Source: Candidatus Melainabacteria bacterium
GTDB taxonomy: Bacteria > Cyanobacteriota > Vampirovibrionia > LMEP-6097
NCBI GenBank assembly: GCA_043787715.1
Contig: JAYVUR010000224.1
Span: 1 to 35,255, forward strand
Direction: 5' to 3'
DNA: 35,255 bases
The notes beneath the pieces were generated by a model. It was given only the letters and a program-made list of their open reading frames with translations, was not told where the DNA came from and made no database searches. Positions 17,188-27,526 of this stretch are shown here, in pieces (within the stretch, counting starts at the first letter, position 1; every line of letters begins with the position of its first letter). The position numbers and the translations under genes were made by a program.

Positions 17188-18099
17188 ATGGACAGAATGC
17201 TAAGCCAAGAGAAACAATTAAGCTCACTTAAACGTATAGAAAGCTGGGTTACTGAATCTATAGATTCAGGCATGCTACCCAAAAGACCGGACCTGATGCT
17301 TAAACTGCTTGAGATGACTAGTAGTATAGATACTCATAGTAATGATGTAGTAAACACTTTGGCTCAAGATGAAGAACTAAGTACAACTATTATCCGCCAA
17401 GCTCGCATTAAACTGGATGCTAGGGTAAAGCTAATCACGACTAAACAATTACAACAATCTATCCAAAGACTTGGTTATGATTTTGTGCAAAGTACCATAG
17501 AAGCAGATTGTGTTAAACGTTTTCTGAAACATCTAAAACCGGCAAATAATCTAGAGCTACTTAACGAGTTAAGACACAGTCTAAGAACAGCTTTTATCGC
17601 CAAGAATATTTCCCGATTAATCGGTGAGACTAAACACGATTATGCTTTTTTTGCAGGGCTAATGCATAATATGGGCAAAATCATCATCGGACTCAAAGAC
17701 CCGCGCATGCTCGCTGAAATCCGCAATATGCTCAGTCGTGGTATGGATGAAAAATCAGCTGAACTAATACTTATGGGCTTTGAACATAATGAAGTTAGCG
17801 CTAAGCTAGTTGAGGCTTGGGAATTGCCTAATATTATTTCCGAAGTAATACGCTTCCACGAGCACCCTAGTCTAATTAAGGAAGAGCATCGCAAACTAGC
17901 AAATATACTAAGACTTAGCAAATATATAGCAACTGCTCTTAACGATAAAGAAAAAACCCCTCGCAATATCTCGGCTAAGGTTGGCGAGTATTTGCGTATG
18001 CTCGGCAAAGAGCTTGATGAGAAAGCTACTATAGAAGAAATCAAGGATATCTATATTAAAACTCTAAGTATGGAAGATCGGGTTTTTATGCAAAGCTAA
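17188..18099 (+). CDS. HDOD domain-containing signalling protein
   Basis: 303 aa. AFFAGLMHNMGKIII resembles the HDOD GLLHDIGK core. The size and helical composition are typical of the family. Confidence 0.65.
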   Translation: MDRMLSQEKQLSSLKRIESWVTESIDSGMLPKRPDLMLKLLEMTSSIDTHSNDVVNTLAQDEELSTTIIRQARIKLDARVKLITTKQLQQSIQRLGYDFVQSTIEADCVKRFLKHLKPANNLELLNELRHSLRTAFIAKNISRLIGETKHDYAFFAGLMHNMGKIIIGLKDPRMLAEIRNMLSRGMDEKSAELILMGFEHNEVSAKLVEAWELPNIISEVIRFHEHPSLIKEEHRKLANILRLSKYIATALNDKEKTPRNISAKVGEYLRMLGKELDEKATIEEIKDIYIKTLSMEDRVFMQS

Positions 18100-18124
18100 G
18101 AGCCTCTGCGCTAAAATAAAGCGC

Positions 18125-19186
18125 ATGGATCAATTAATAACTAAAGCTACAACCATTATCAGCACAGCATTACCAGCCAGCGCCTTCAAGGATGTTTCTG
18201 TGGTCGGCAAAAAAGTAGTGTTCAATCTTATGCTGGACAATCCGGCTGATCCTAAGAAGAACGAGCTGATCAAAAAAATCGAAACGCAGTTAAAGGCGGC
18301 GGGCTTCGAAGAGTTGGATGTTTATACTACCAAGCGCCTCGAAGAAGAAGTCGCCAGCGGTCATAGACCCATAGGCGGCACTGCGAATCGCGGCACTATC
18401 ACTCCGCGCTCGCCCGTGCCTGGTATCAAGAAGATCATCGCGGTTAATAGCGGCAAAGGTGGTGTTGGCAAAACTACTTGCTCCGTGAATATTGCTATTG
18501 CTTTATCACAGCTTGGTTATAAGGTCGGCTTACTCGACGCAGATATAACTGGTCCAAACGTACACCTGATGCTAGGTGTAACTGATAAACCCTTAATGAC
18601 TGAGAACCAGAAGGTCGGTTCACAAGAGGCACATGGCATCAAGCTTATATCCATGGGCACACTGGTTGACGAGAACAAAGCGACTATTTGGCGCGGACCA
18701 ATGCTCGATGGAGTAATTAAGCAGTTCTTGCGTGAAGTAGAGTGGGGTGAACTCGATTACCTCATAGTGGATCTACCACCGGGTACTAGCGATGCGCAGC
18801 TCACTCTCTGCCAGAATGTGGCTCTTAACGGCACTGTGATAATCACCACGCCGCAAGACGTAGCCTTGCTCGATGCGCGCAAGGGCTTGCAGATGTTCCA
18901 AAAAATGGGCGTGCCTATACTAGGACTAGTCGAGAATATGAGTTTCTTCGAGTGCCCGCACTGTAACGAGCGTAGTGAAATCTTCTCGCATGGCGGCGGC
19001 GCTAAAGCAGCTCAAGAGCTGGGCTTAGACTTCCTCGGTGCTATACCTATAGAGCTTAAGGTTCGCAGCGGCGGCGATAGCGGCATGCCAATTACCATAG
19101 CTGAGCCTGAACACAGCATCTCTAAAGCTTTTCGTGAGATAGCGAAGCAAGTGGTGGCGAAGGCTGTGGATACAGTAACGGCTTAA
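18125..19186 (+). CDS. apbC: Mrp/ApbC/NBP35-family Fe-S cluster carrier ATPase
   Basis: Deviant Walker A NSGKGGVGKTT, DLPPGTSD, the CPHC motif, and an N-terminal DUF59-like region. Confidence 0.9.
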   Translation: MDQLITKATTIISTALPASAFKDVSVVGKKVVFNLMLDNPADPKKNELIKKIETQLKAAGFEELDVYTTKRLEEEVASGHRPIGGTANRGTITPRSPVPGIKKIIAVNSGKGGVGKTTCSVNIAIALSQLGYKVGLLDADITGPNVHLMLGVTDKPLMTENQKVGSQEAHGIKLISMGTLVDENKATIWRGPMLDGVIKQFLREVEWGELDYLIVDLPPGTSDAQLTLCQNVALNGTVIITTPQDVALLDARKGLQMFQKMGVPILGLVENMSFFECPHCNERSEIFSHGGGAKAAQELGLDFLGAIPIELKVRSGGDSGMPITIAEPEHSISKAFREIAKQVVAKAVDTVTA

Positions 19187-19213
19187 ACCAAGTGGCATGC
19201 TATTATCTTCAGC

Positions 19214-19933
19214 ATGCGTCCCACTTCACCGGTTACATATGATAAACATGCTTTTCTTCGAGCACTTAAACGAGAATTAACTAAAGGCCCCCAGCAGCAA
19301 GCTGAACAAATTCAAATTACACCAAGGCAAAGAGATATACCATGCATACTAAGCGCCAGAGTTAGAGATGAAAACTCCTTAGCAAGTATCCATGTTTACA
19401 GACAAATACAAACAAAATTTTTTGTCAAAAAATATTCTAGTGACTTAATTGGGACCATTAGTCTCGGCAAAAAAACAAAACAAGCTATAACACAAGCTTC
19501 TAAGTCTAATGCTGCAAACCCTCAGTTAAGCAGCTTGTTTGAACAGCTCGACTTTATCATAAGTCAGACAGTTGAAGATCACAGACCGAACCGGCAAGCA
19601 GCAGCAAAAAGATTTGATAGTTTTATAGAGAAGCTAAGCCAATCACTTAAGAGACCATATAAAAAAACCAAGGGGGAGTTCCGCGGCTACTCATATAAAT
19701 TCAAACTTACCCCAAATGATTCGCGCAATATACTTAAATTAATACCTCCTGCACTACTACAAAAAGCAATCAGGAGTTGGTCTGAAGCTTTACGCAATAG
19801 TCCTATTACTATCATCTCCAGTCCTCAGGACAATACACTCTCCTTCTGTATTTATCCTCGCTTAAGACCATTTAGCACCGAAGGTATAATAAACATCCAA
19901 ATTAAAGGCAACTCTTTAATACTCACACGTTAA
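19214..19933 (+). CDS. Hypothetical basic protein (239 aa)
   Basis: ORF only; no motif recognised. Confidence 0.5.
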   Translation: MRPTSPVTYDKHAFLRALKRELTKGPQQQAEQIQITPRQRDIPCILSARVRDENSLASIHVYRQIQTKFFVKKYSSDLIGTISLGKKTKQAITQASKSNAANPQLSSLFEQLDFIISQTVEDHRPNRQAAAKRFDSFIEKLSQSLKRPYKKTKGEFRGYSYKFKLTPNDSRNILKLIPPALLQKAIRSWSEALRNSPITIISSPQDNTLSFCIYPRLRPFSTEGIINIQIKGNSLILTR

Positions 19934-19944
19934 ATATTCAGCAA

Positions 19945-21027
19945 TTAAACACAAGTCTCAGCATCACAGCTAGCAACACGGGTCATATTAATCGCAGACA
20001 TGCGCGTACTAATTAGGCGCACATATTCTGGATTACCGCCATTGTAACGCGACTCGCCGACGGACTTGACGAACTCAGCAGCGCAGCGCGCTTGATAGGC
20101 AAGTGTCTCTTCACCAGCAGTCATCTTAGACCAATCAAGTTCTAGCATCTTAGCGGTGTTGCGCATGAATTGACCTATACCACGCTCGCCGGCATCACCG
20201 CGAGCATGTGGATTAAAGCGGGATTCATTATATACCTGCACCAGAAAACGCTTAGGTTCTATACCCACTTGAACTGCCGTCGCCCACAGCGCTTCAAGAA
20301 TATCAGGAGTGGTATATGCCGCCGCACTACCTATTTTATGGTTAGAATCATCGCGCGCTTCCAAGAAATATCTCTGGGCTTTTTGTAGCCACAATTGATC
20401 ATCACTGTTAAGTATTGGTTTATTAATTCCTTCAGCAGAAAAATCTGTAGGAGTACCATTAATCTCTACTACGTAAGCACCAGGCTTAGAATAATAAATA
20501 CCACTTCTGCGCGCTGGAGTCTTGTGATTCACAGTCACACCAAGTTCGCGCATACTTTCTTCATAAGCGAGCAAGGCTTCTTTATGAGCATCAAAAGGTT
20601 CTGTATCTGGTTTAGGCTCGGCTACTTCTTGAGCGATACTAGTAACCGGCATTGCTGTGATCGCTGTAACCATCTCCTCAACAGGAGTTGGCACTAGTTC
20701 TGGCTCTATGCTTTCTTCTACAACTGGAGCGGTTTTCTCGCCACGTTCGATAATTAACTTCGGCTCTGGGATATTAGCTGCAATTTCTTGGCTGGGTTCG
20801 ACAGTTTGGCTAGTTGCCGTGCTGTTAGTCTCTGGTGCTGTGTTTACAGTCGTCTCTGTGGCTTGAGTTTCTACACGCACCTGAACTTTCTTAGAGAGCT
20901 TGTCTATAATCACCGAGCGATCACGCTGATCCACATAGCGAATACCACCAATGGGTTTGGCTGAATTGTAAACTATTCCGCGCGTGTAAGCCTCGTCAGC
21001 TAAATTAGTGGGTACAGTGTAATCCAT
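19945..21027 (-). CDS. Protein with a C-terminal SLT lytic transglycosylase domain, a Pro/Glu/Thr-rich linker and no signal peptide
   Basis: VYNESRFNPHARGDAGERGIGQFM matches the SLT catalytic E-S…GLMQ pattern. The N-terminus MDYTVPTNLADEAY is not hydrophobic. Confidence 0.75.
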   Translation of the reverse strand: MDYTVPTNLADEAYTRGIVYNSAKPIGGIRYVDQRDRSVIIDKLSKKVQVRVETQATETTVNTAPETNSTATSQTVEPSQEIAANIPEPKLIIERGEKTAPVVEESIEPELVPTPVEEMVTAITAMPVTSIAQEVAEPKPDTEPFDAHKEALLAYEESMRELGVTVNHKTPARRSGIYYSKPGAYVVEINGTPTDFSAEGINKPILNSDDQLWLQKAQRYFLEARDDSNHKIGSAAAYTTPDILEALWATAVQVGIEPKRFLVQVYNESRFNPHARGDAGERGIGQFMRNTAKMLELDWSKMTAGEETLAYQARCAAEFVKSVGESRYNGGNPEYVRLISTRMSAINMTRVASCDAETCV

Positions 21028-21115
21028 ATTTTGAGTTACTACTCATATGCCCGTAGGGCCATTTATATTATCTACGGCCGCTAGGCGATTAGATAATATA
21101 TGCACGCGCGAGCAA

Positions 21116-21131
21116 AAGCACCTAAGTGCTT
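21116..21131 (-). terminator. Weak intrinsic terminator candidate downstream of the EEP gene
   Basis: On the - strand: aagcac-ttag-gtgctt followed by ttgc, with the U-tract partly inside the stem. It lies about 85 nt after the stop at 21216. Confidence 0.25.
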
Positions 21132-21215
21132 CTTATATTTTATGACTAAATAGTGGCTGGCGTGTTCCCGTACTTATGAGGCTGACATATCGCCGTGGCA
21201 ATCTCCCTGCCAGCG

Positions 21216-22568
21216 TCAAGGACTTGCTGCGCCCCTCGGACTCGCAATAACGTTATACAGAATATCAACACTAATCGGATTATGGTCTGATAGCTTCTCT
21301 GCGCCGCCATAATAAGAATTATTCAAGCAACTAAAAGTCCTAGCGAAAGCCGCCCTAAATTTAGCATCAGCATCTGGCTTAAAAAATAACCAATCGATTT
21401 TGAATTTGGCGATACCAAAAGAGCGCTTAAGTTTAAAAGTCTCAACAAAACCCTTCGCTGCGCGCTGGTTAGTATTGGACCACTGAGCGCTTCTAGCATT
21501 ATAACTATATACTTTACCGCCCTCATGATCGAAGTATTGCCCATCTTGAAATTCAAAATGCTTAATGTATTTAAAAAAGCTGTAAGTTTTATTCGGCAAT
21601 AATATCGGCACAGGCATCACCGTCGGGTCTTTGTGCTTGCGCAAAGCGCCAAGGCTGACACTAGAAGTATTAGTAATTAGCGAATATGGATTAATAAAAG
21701 TCAGTGCGGTTTTGGCGACAAAATTAATATCTATAAGTTTAGATGAAAGCAGCTTCACTACTGAGGTTGGACCAGCATCACCCTCGAAGTTATTCATATC
21801 ACCAGCGAGCACAAGAGCAGTATTAGTATCAGCTAAGGCATTAAGCAAAAACTCCATTTGCTGTTTGCGACATTGAGGCATGCAGCGATTTTCAAGATGA
21901 ATGCTAACCACAGTAATAGTTTGTTTATCTGGGAGTGATATTTCTGCAATCAAAGCTATGCGTCCGCCGCGCCTAAGTTCGGTAATCATTTGCTCATCAA
22001 CTGTTGCCTTGGCAGCAAGCCTACGACTCTCTTCAAGTAAGCTTAGATTACGGCGCTCACCTTCATACCAGTCATAACATTGCGGTAATCTTAGGAGCTT
22101 CGCCGACTTAATCGGATAGCGCGATACTATCGCATTACCATGTAAACCCTTATACTGACTGTGATCCAGCTTAGCCTCTTCAATGATACTAGGATCAAGC
22201 TCTACAAACTCAGGCGCAAAAGCATAATCAGCGTGAAGAGTCGCGGCAAGTTCAGAGGCTATCAACTTACCCTGCTCATCTTCTGAATAAACCGCAAGAT
22301 CAATATAGTCGCGCAGATAAGCCTGAGCATTAGTAAACAAACTACGCAGAGCATCGATATTAAAACCGCGCTCTATATTCCAGTGCACTACGCGCAAAGA
22401 ATCTCGCTTAGTCGGCTGCGCCGCACCACGCCCCAAGACTATAGTGTCCAAATCCTGCTCAAACTTATTATCTGCAAGCCCTGTAAAATCAAGACTAGGC
22501 ACTTGGCTAGCAGATATTATCCTAGTCGCCGCTACTGCCGGCAGACCCAGCATTAGAGCTAGATTCAA
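21216..22568 (-). CDS. Secreted endonuclease/exonuclease/phosphatase (EEP) family protein
   Basis: N-terminal signal-like MNLALMLGLPAVAATRIISA, VVHWNIERG (the N..E catalytic pair), and a C-terminal SDHNPISVD (the SDH.P motif). Confidence 0.8.
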   Translation of the reverse strand: MNLALMLGLPAVAATRIISASQVPSLDFTGLADNKFEQDLDTIVLGRGAAQPTKRDSLRVVHWNIERGFNIDALRSLFTNAQAYLRDYIDLAVYSEDEQGKLIASELAATLHADYAFAPEFVELDPSIIEEAKLDHSQYKGLHGNAIVSRYPIKSAKLLRLPQCYDWYEGERRNLSLLEESRRLAAKATVDEQMITELRRGGRIALIAEISLPDKQTITVVSIHLENRCMPQCRKQQMEFLLNALADTNTALVLAGDMNNFEGDAGPTSVVKLLSSKLIDINFVAKTALTFINPYSLITNTSSVSLGALRKHKDPTVMPVPILLPNKTYSFFKYIKHFEFQDGQYFDHEGGKVYSYNARSAQWSNTNQRAAKGFVETFKLKRSFGIAKFKIDWLFFKPDADAKFRAAFARTFSCLNNSYYGGAEKLSDHNPISVDILYNVIASPRGAASP

Positions 22569-22619
22569 GGATAATAAGCAAACAAAATAATTATGACATC
22601 CGACCTAAGATTAGACTAG

Positions 22620-23291
22620 ATGCCGGCGTGGAATAATGTAATTATGCCTAAAAAATTAATTGCAATTATTGTTCTACTTGGATTTGTACTTTCTATAGTA
22701 GGCCCAGTCTTCGCTCGTGATCTTGATGACACGACTACCAAAGTTCGCTGGATAAGTTCGCACGAACTGGGCGGAGCTATAGATCTAGAGGTGACAGGTT
22801 CTGATGACGAGGATGCCTATCCTGCTGGCACAGTCTTGCACGGCAAATTCACTGAGCATAGGGAGAAGCGCCGCATCAGCCGCAGTGAAATAGTTAAAGT
22901 AGAAATTTCTACAGCGACCTTGCCTAATGGTTCTATAGAAAAAGTGGGCGAAATTATAAAAATTATTCCTCGCTCTAAGCATCGCAATATGCGCTGGGCT
23001 GGTAACGCTGCGTTTGCAGCAACGGGTTTAACCCTAGCAATTACCACTGACATGTTTACTCTTGGTCTGCCTATTGGCCGCGGCGGTCTTGCTGCTTGGA
23101 ACGCAGTGCTAGATGCTAGCGAAACTGATGGTTCTAAACTTAAAGCCGGAGCTAAAGGTTTCGTCAAAGGCGCACTAATGCCACTTCCTTGGCTAATCGG
23201 ACGCGGACGCGATCTTAATCTGACTCAAGGATCGATTATTGAGATTGATGATGGTGGTGATAAGTATACGGTAGCGTATAAGCTTAATTAA
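22620..23291 (+). CDS. Hypothetical exported or membrane protein
   Basis: Signal or TM segment MPKKLIAIIVLLGFVLSIVGPVFA; the likely true start is ATG 22644. A Gly/Ala-rich hydrophobic segment lies near residues 125-160. Confidence 0.55.
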   Translation: MPAWNNVIMPKKLIAIIVLLGFVLSIVGPVFARDLDDTTTKVRWISSHELGGAIDLEVTGSDDEDAYPAGTVLHGKFTEHREKRRISRSEIVKVEISTATLPNGSIEKVGEIIKIIPRSKHRNMRWAGNAAFAATGLTLAITTDMFTLGLPIGRGGLAAWNAVLDASETDGSKLKAGAKGFVKGALMPLPWLIGRGRDLNLTQGSIIEIDDGGDKYTVAYKLN

Positions 23292-24324
23292 CTATCCGAA
23301 GATCCTTTTTGAGTTGAATAACTAGCTCATCTAAACTTGCGATCAGTCTTTCAAGATCACCGTCAAAATGATCTTGCGATTCCTCACGAGCTTTAAATCT
23401 AACTAATTGTTGTTCAGCAAGCTTATAAAAATTAAACTGCTCCTGCCTTGATAAATTAGCCTTCATATTCTTAGCTATATACATCATAGATAAAGGTATT
23501 AAATGAGTTTGTTCACTAATCTGATATTCATTCAAGTCATCAATTCTGGTGGCTTGTTCTTTAAAAAATTCTCTAGAGCATATTAACCCTAATAGCTTAA
23601 TATAACGGCGACAATCTATGGTCGTGTCATCATCAGTAGCAGCCTCAAGCCTAGATACTAGAAGCTTTTGCAAGCGTGCCCTTATAGGTTCATGACTAAT
23701 GATCTCTTGTAATAAAGGCTCTTGCTCAGAGCAGTAATAATTAGACTTGGCTAAACTTTCGGCTAAAATCTGCAACAATCTTAGCTCGGCTTTATGGTCA
23801 AACTCCACATTAGTTAACCACTCTTTAATCGCTAGCAATAACACCATTTCTCCAGCTAAAGCCTTTTCTGGATCAATTTTAGACAAAGCATCATAACCAT
23901 AGACAGCTCCTTCAAGCACAGGATCAATCATTACTGGTCTAACAATAGGCTTCTTGCAAACAGGCTGAGCTTGATGAATAAATATATCTTCAAACATTTT
24001 AAAAAGAAAATAAACTGGGTTGCCTACCTGCTTGTCTTGTGTAAGACGAAGAGCTTGACAATGCTTGAACGCAAAAACTCTGGTTGCAAGAGACTGAGCT
24101 ACCCAACGTGAAACCGAGTCTGATCTATCCTCAAGAACAAATGCTTGTGGATCCTTAGAGCGTATTAAAAAAGTCAACCAAAACGCCAAACTCTTAATAT
24201 CGCTGGTAATTTTTAATTGTATAATCCCTATCGGCTCATCTTTGGCACGTGTAAGCGCTTCGCGATTTGCTAACGCGTTTTCAACAATATTTGATCCTAG
24301 GTTTCCGCTAGCAGACTTTAGCAT
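23284..24324 (-). CDS. Hypothetical helical protein (346 aa)
   Basis: ORF only. Its stop overlaps the convergent 22620-23291 stop within the sequence ttaattaa. Confidence 0.55.
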   Translation of the reverse strand: MLKSASGNLGSNIVENALANREALTRAKDEPIGIIQLKITSDIKSLAFWLTFLIRSKDPQAFVLEDRSDSVSRWVAQSLATRVFAFKHCQALRLTQDKQVGNPVYFLFKMFEDIFIHQAQPVCKKPIVRPVMIDPVLEGAVYGYDALSKIDPEKALAGEMVLLLAIKEWLTNVEFDHKAELRLLQILAESLAKSNYYCSEQEPLLQEIISHEPIRARLQKLLVSRLEAATDDDTTIDCRRYIKLLGLICSREFFKEQATRIDDLNEYQISEQTHLIPLSMMYIAKNMKANLSRQEQFNFYKLAEQQLVRFKAREESQDHFDGDLERLIASLDELVIQLKKDLRIVN

Positions 24325-24359
24325 AAGATAACAGTATATTATCTTATGGCTGTTTTTGT

Positions 24360-25529
24360 CTAGAGGTACTCTTTAAATAAGCTCTTAGCAATCACTATGC
24401 GCTGCACCTCAGAGGTACCTTCATAAATCTCGGTGATTTTGGCGTCGCGCATATACCTTTCAAGGTTATATTCCGTGGTGAAACCATAGCCGCCATGAAT
24501 TTGCACACCTTGAATAGTATGTTTCATCGCCGCTTCAGACGCGAAGACCTTCGCTTGCGCAGCTTGGCGCGAAAACGGTTCACCGCGATCGTGCATTGCA
24601 GCAGCAGCCCAAGTGAGCAAACGTGCAGCATCAATATCAGTAGCCATATCAGCAAGTTTGAATTGAATAGCTTGGTGCTCTTTTATTTTTTGTCCAAAAG
24701 TTTCGCGCACGTTAGAGTACTGAATAGACTCTTCAAAAGCAGCGCGCATAATTCCAATCGCTTGACCAGACATGCCGATGCGTCCGCCATCAAGAGTGGA
24801 CATGGCGATTTTGAAGCCATCACCAATCTTGCTAAGAATATTTGCCTTAGGTACGCGGCAATTATCGAAATGCAATTGAGTGGTAGAGCTTGCACGTATA
24901 CCAAGCTTATCCTCTGGCTTACCGAAACTAAATCCGGGCGTACCTTTCTCTACTAAGAAAGCAGTTACACCTTTGTGTTTAAGTTCTCTATTGGTTTGCG
25001 CTAGTACTAAATATATCTCGGCTTCAATACCATTGGTGATCCACGCTTTAGAGCCGTTGAGCACATAACTATCACCATCTTCAACAGCAGTAGTATTCAT
25101 TCCTGCAGCATCAGAACCATTACTCGGCTCTGATAGTGCAAAAGCACCGAGCTTAGTGCCAGCAGCAAGCGGTCTTAGAAACTTATCCTTCTGCTCATCA
25201 TTGCCCCAATCGTTAATTGGTTTGGTGCAGAGTGAAAGATGCGCAGAGAAGATAGTACCTGTCGCAGCACAAATGCGAGAAAGTTCTTCAACGGCAATCG
25301 CGTAACAAACATAATCCATGCCGCCGCCGCCCCATTTCTCATCAACAGTAAGACCGAGCAAACCAAGTTCAGCCATCGCTTTAACATTCTCGTGCGGAAA
25401 TCTATGACTCTTGTCGATTTCTTTAGCGCGCTCAGCGAATTGCTCAGTAGCGAGTTCGCGCACTGCACGCTGGATCATCTTTTGATCTTCATTGAGAGTA
25501 AACTGACAGCTAGTGGTTAAAGTTTGCAT
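24360..25529 (-). CDS. Acyl-CoA dehydrogenase (short/medium-chain type)
   Basis: 389 aa. It has [13 protein letters not shown], a C-terminal [13 protein letters not shown] containing the catalytic Glu, and GGYGF. Confidence 0.9.
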   Translation of the reverse strand: MQTLTTSCQFTLNEDQKMIQRAVRELATEQFAERAKEIDKSHRFPHENVKAMAELGLLGLTVDEKWGGGGMDYVCYAIAVEELSRICAATGTIFSAHLSLCTKPINDWGNDEQKDKFLRPLAAGTKLGAFALSEPSNGSDAAGMNTTAVEDGDSYVLNGSKAWITNGIEAEIYLVLAQTNRELKHKGVTAFLVEKGTPGFSFGKPEDKLGIRASSTTQLHFDNCRVPKANILSKIGDGFKIAMSTLDGGRIGMSGQAIGIMRAAFEESIQYSNVRETFGQKIKEHQAIQFKLADMATDIDAARLLTWAAAAMHDRGEPFSRQAAQAKVFASEAAMKHTIQGVQIHGGYGFTTEYNLERYMRDAKITEIYEGTSEVQRIVIAKSLFKEYL

Positions 25530-25580
25530 ACCTTGATTATATGCCCATGATTTTTATGCAAGGAAACATTTCGGCTTATC

Positions 25581-26348
25581 TTATCGGTTAAACTGCTGAT
25601 TGGCGATGCGGGCAAGATAAAAACTATCAGCAAACCCAGTCATAATGACCATTAGCTGCTGCTCGCCATCACGCTCAAAAACACAAGCATCATGATAGGA
25701 GCACGAAGTCCAGCCGGCTTTGGAGTAGAACTCATTACTAAGTCCAAGCGCAGCGCCAATAAAATTATCAGCCTGATAATCGCCAGTAGAAAGCTTGCGT
25801 TTAATCATCTCAGCAAGATCTATCTCAGTGCCGTGAGTTGCCATCACTACTTTCATCACCTGCGCCACATCTTCTATAGTGCATTGATTAGGCTGCTGGG
25901 CAAGCACTTGTTTGTCACGTCCATAATAATCTACTTCGAAACATTTATTAGAAATACGCAAATATTCGGAATAACCCACTGTAAAAAAACTATGAATCAG
26001 GTAGCGCCCATGAATAAAAGCGTCTAAAGCAACCCCTTCAAGCTCAAGCCCTGACTGAGTCTCCGAAATAAAATCCACCAGGTAATGAAGGGCATCATTG
26101 TCTGAACCTGCCAGACTCGCTTCTAGTGCCGTCAGCACGGTAGCCTTATGCTGCGCCAAATGCGCTCGCTGTGCGGCGGTCACCAGCACTGTACAAGTAG
26201 GCTTGCAGCCGCCTACTTGCATAATTAAATCACGCACCGCTATTGCTGTGAATAATTTCAAGAGACTAGCTGGATGGAAGACCAGGTCTAAGCCTTCTTG
26301 CTTAAGAACTGCCCCAGTGTTTAAGTTTTCTAGGTAAATTGCTTGCAT
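25581..26348 (-). CDS. Serine hydrolase, class A beta-lactamase-like fold
   Basis: FHPASLLKLF gives an S-x-x-K motif near the N-terminus. The size is 255 aa. The assignment is tentative. Confidence 0.45.
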   Translation of the reverse strand: MQAIYLENLNTGAVLKQEGLDLVFHPASLLKLFTAIAVRDLIMQVGGCKPTCTVLVTAAQRAHLAQHKATVLTALEASLAGSDNDALHYLVDFISETQSGLELEGVALDAFIHGRYLIHSFFTVGYSEYLRISNKCFEVDYYGRDKQVLAQQPNQCTIEDVAQVMKVVMATHGTEIDLAEMIKRKLSTGDYQADNFIGAALGLSNEFYSKAGWTSCSYHDACVFERDGEQQLMVIMTGFADSFYLARIANQQFNR

Positions 26349-27035
26349 CTATAAAGCCCAGTTAATCGCTGCTTCGCCGCGACCCACTAAATATTCATTC
26401 ACTGTTTTAAAATGCCCGCAACCAAGAAAACCACGATGCGCAGAGAGCGGTGAAGGGTGCGGCGCTTCTAAAACCAAATGTTTATCACGGTTTATCATCT
26501 GCGCTTTAGCCCGCGCTGAAGACCCCCAAAGCATAAAAACAATGCCCTCACGTTTTTCATTTAATTCTTGAATAGCACGCGTGGTGAATTCTTCCCAACC
26601 GCGCCCAGCATGTGAATTAGCCATGCTAGCGCGCACACTCATGCAAGTATTAAGCAAAAACACTCCTTGCTGAGCCCAAGATTCAAGGCAGCCATGACTA
26701 GGACGAGTAATACCAAGACTTTGTTGTTGTTCTTTAAAAATATTTACTAATGATGGTGGAGCTTTAATACCCTGAGGCACAGAGAAGCACAATCCATGCG
26801 CTTGCCCGGGACCGTGATAAGGATCTTGACCTAAGATCACTACTTTGACTTTAGCAAACGGCGTGTAATTAAAAGCATTAAACATATCTTGTCCACGCGG
26901 GTAAACGGTATGCTGCTTCATCTCGTCAGCCAAAAAGCCGCGCAAAGCTTGCATATAAGGCTTATCAAACTCTGGCTCAAGCACCGATAACCAGCCGGGT
27001 TCAAGTTTAATATTGGGTTTCAGCTCTGTTTGCAT
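26349..27035 (-). CDS. ung: Uracil-DNA glycosylase, family 1
   Basis: ILGQDPYHGPGQAHGLCFSV and HPSPLSA motifs. Confidence 0.95.
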   Translation of the reverse strand: MQTELKPNIKLEPGWLSVLEPEFDKPYMQALRGFLADEMKQHTVYPRGQDMFNAFNYTPFAKVKVVILGQDPYHGPGQAHGLCFSVPQGIKAPPSLVNIFKEQQQSLGITRPSHGCLESWAQQGVFLLNTCMSVRASMANSHAGRGWEEFTTRAIQELNEKREGIVFMLWGSSARAKAQMINRDKHLVLEAPHPSPLSAHRGFLGCGHFKTVNEYLVGRGEAAINWAL

Positions 27036-27064
27036 TAATTCACAATTGTAACTTAGATAAACGC

Positions 27065-27526
27065 TCAGGACTTGGCATAACTGCGCTTAGGGATATTATC
27101 TCCGAATAAAAACAAAACCAAAAAATATAAAGGAATAGCTGCAAAAGCTGTTGCTGGCAAGGTTTCAACTAGTCTATCGAAATAAGCAGTCGAGTTGGGG
27201 TTAAAAATCTCCACTAAGGCGGTAAAAACAATTGCATACAGAATCGTAACTATAAACTTATCTGGGATTTGTTTGGGATTAATTACTGAGGCTATTAAAG
27301 CAACTAACAAATAATACCAAGGATATGTAGTGGAATAAAGTAACGCGGCTGTTAACGCGGCTGCTATTACTGCAAGCACTAAAGTCTCGTAACTGCTAAG
27401 CAAGCTTGCGAACACCAATATCGCCGTAAATAACAAATTCACCTTGGGCGCGAAAACTACTTGCAATAACAAAAGCACAAAGGCTAGCAGAGCTGCCTTT
27501 AATAAAAACCAATCTATAAATCTCAT
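27065..27526 (-). CDS. Multi-pass integral membrane protein (about 5 TM)
   Basis: 153 aa, almost entirely hydrophobic helices. It overlaps the upstream ORF by 1 nt. The topology and size recall MreD, but no mreC is present. Confidence 0.55.
   Translation of the reverse strand: MRFIDWFLLKAALLAFVLLLLQVVFAPKVNLLFTAILVFASLLSSYETLVLAVIAAALTAALLYSTTYPWYYLLVALIASVINPKQIPDKFIVTILYAIVFTALVEIFNPNSTAYFDRLVETLPATAFAAIPLYFLVLFLFGDNIPKRSYAKS

Noticed and set aside
19187-19220. Hairpin gcatgct-attatcttc-agcatgc spanning the end of mrp and the ATG of ORF 19214, considered as a terminator or attenuator.
   Set aside because: The stem is only 7 bp, there is no U-tract, and it is built around the palindromic GCATGC hexamer. 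The evidence is insufficient.
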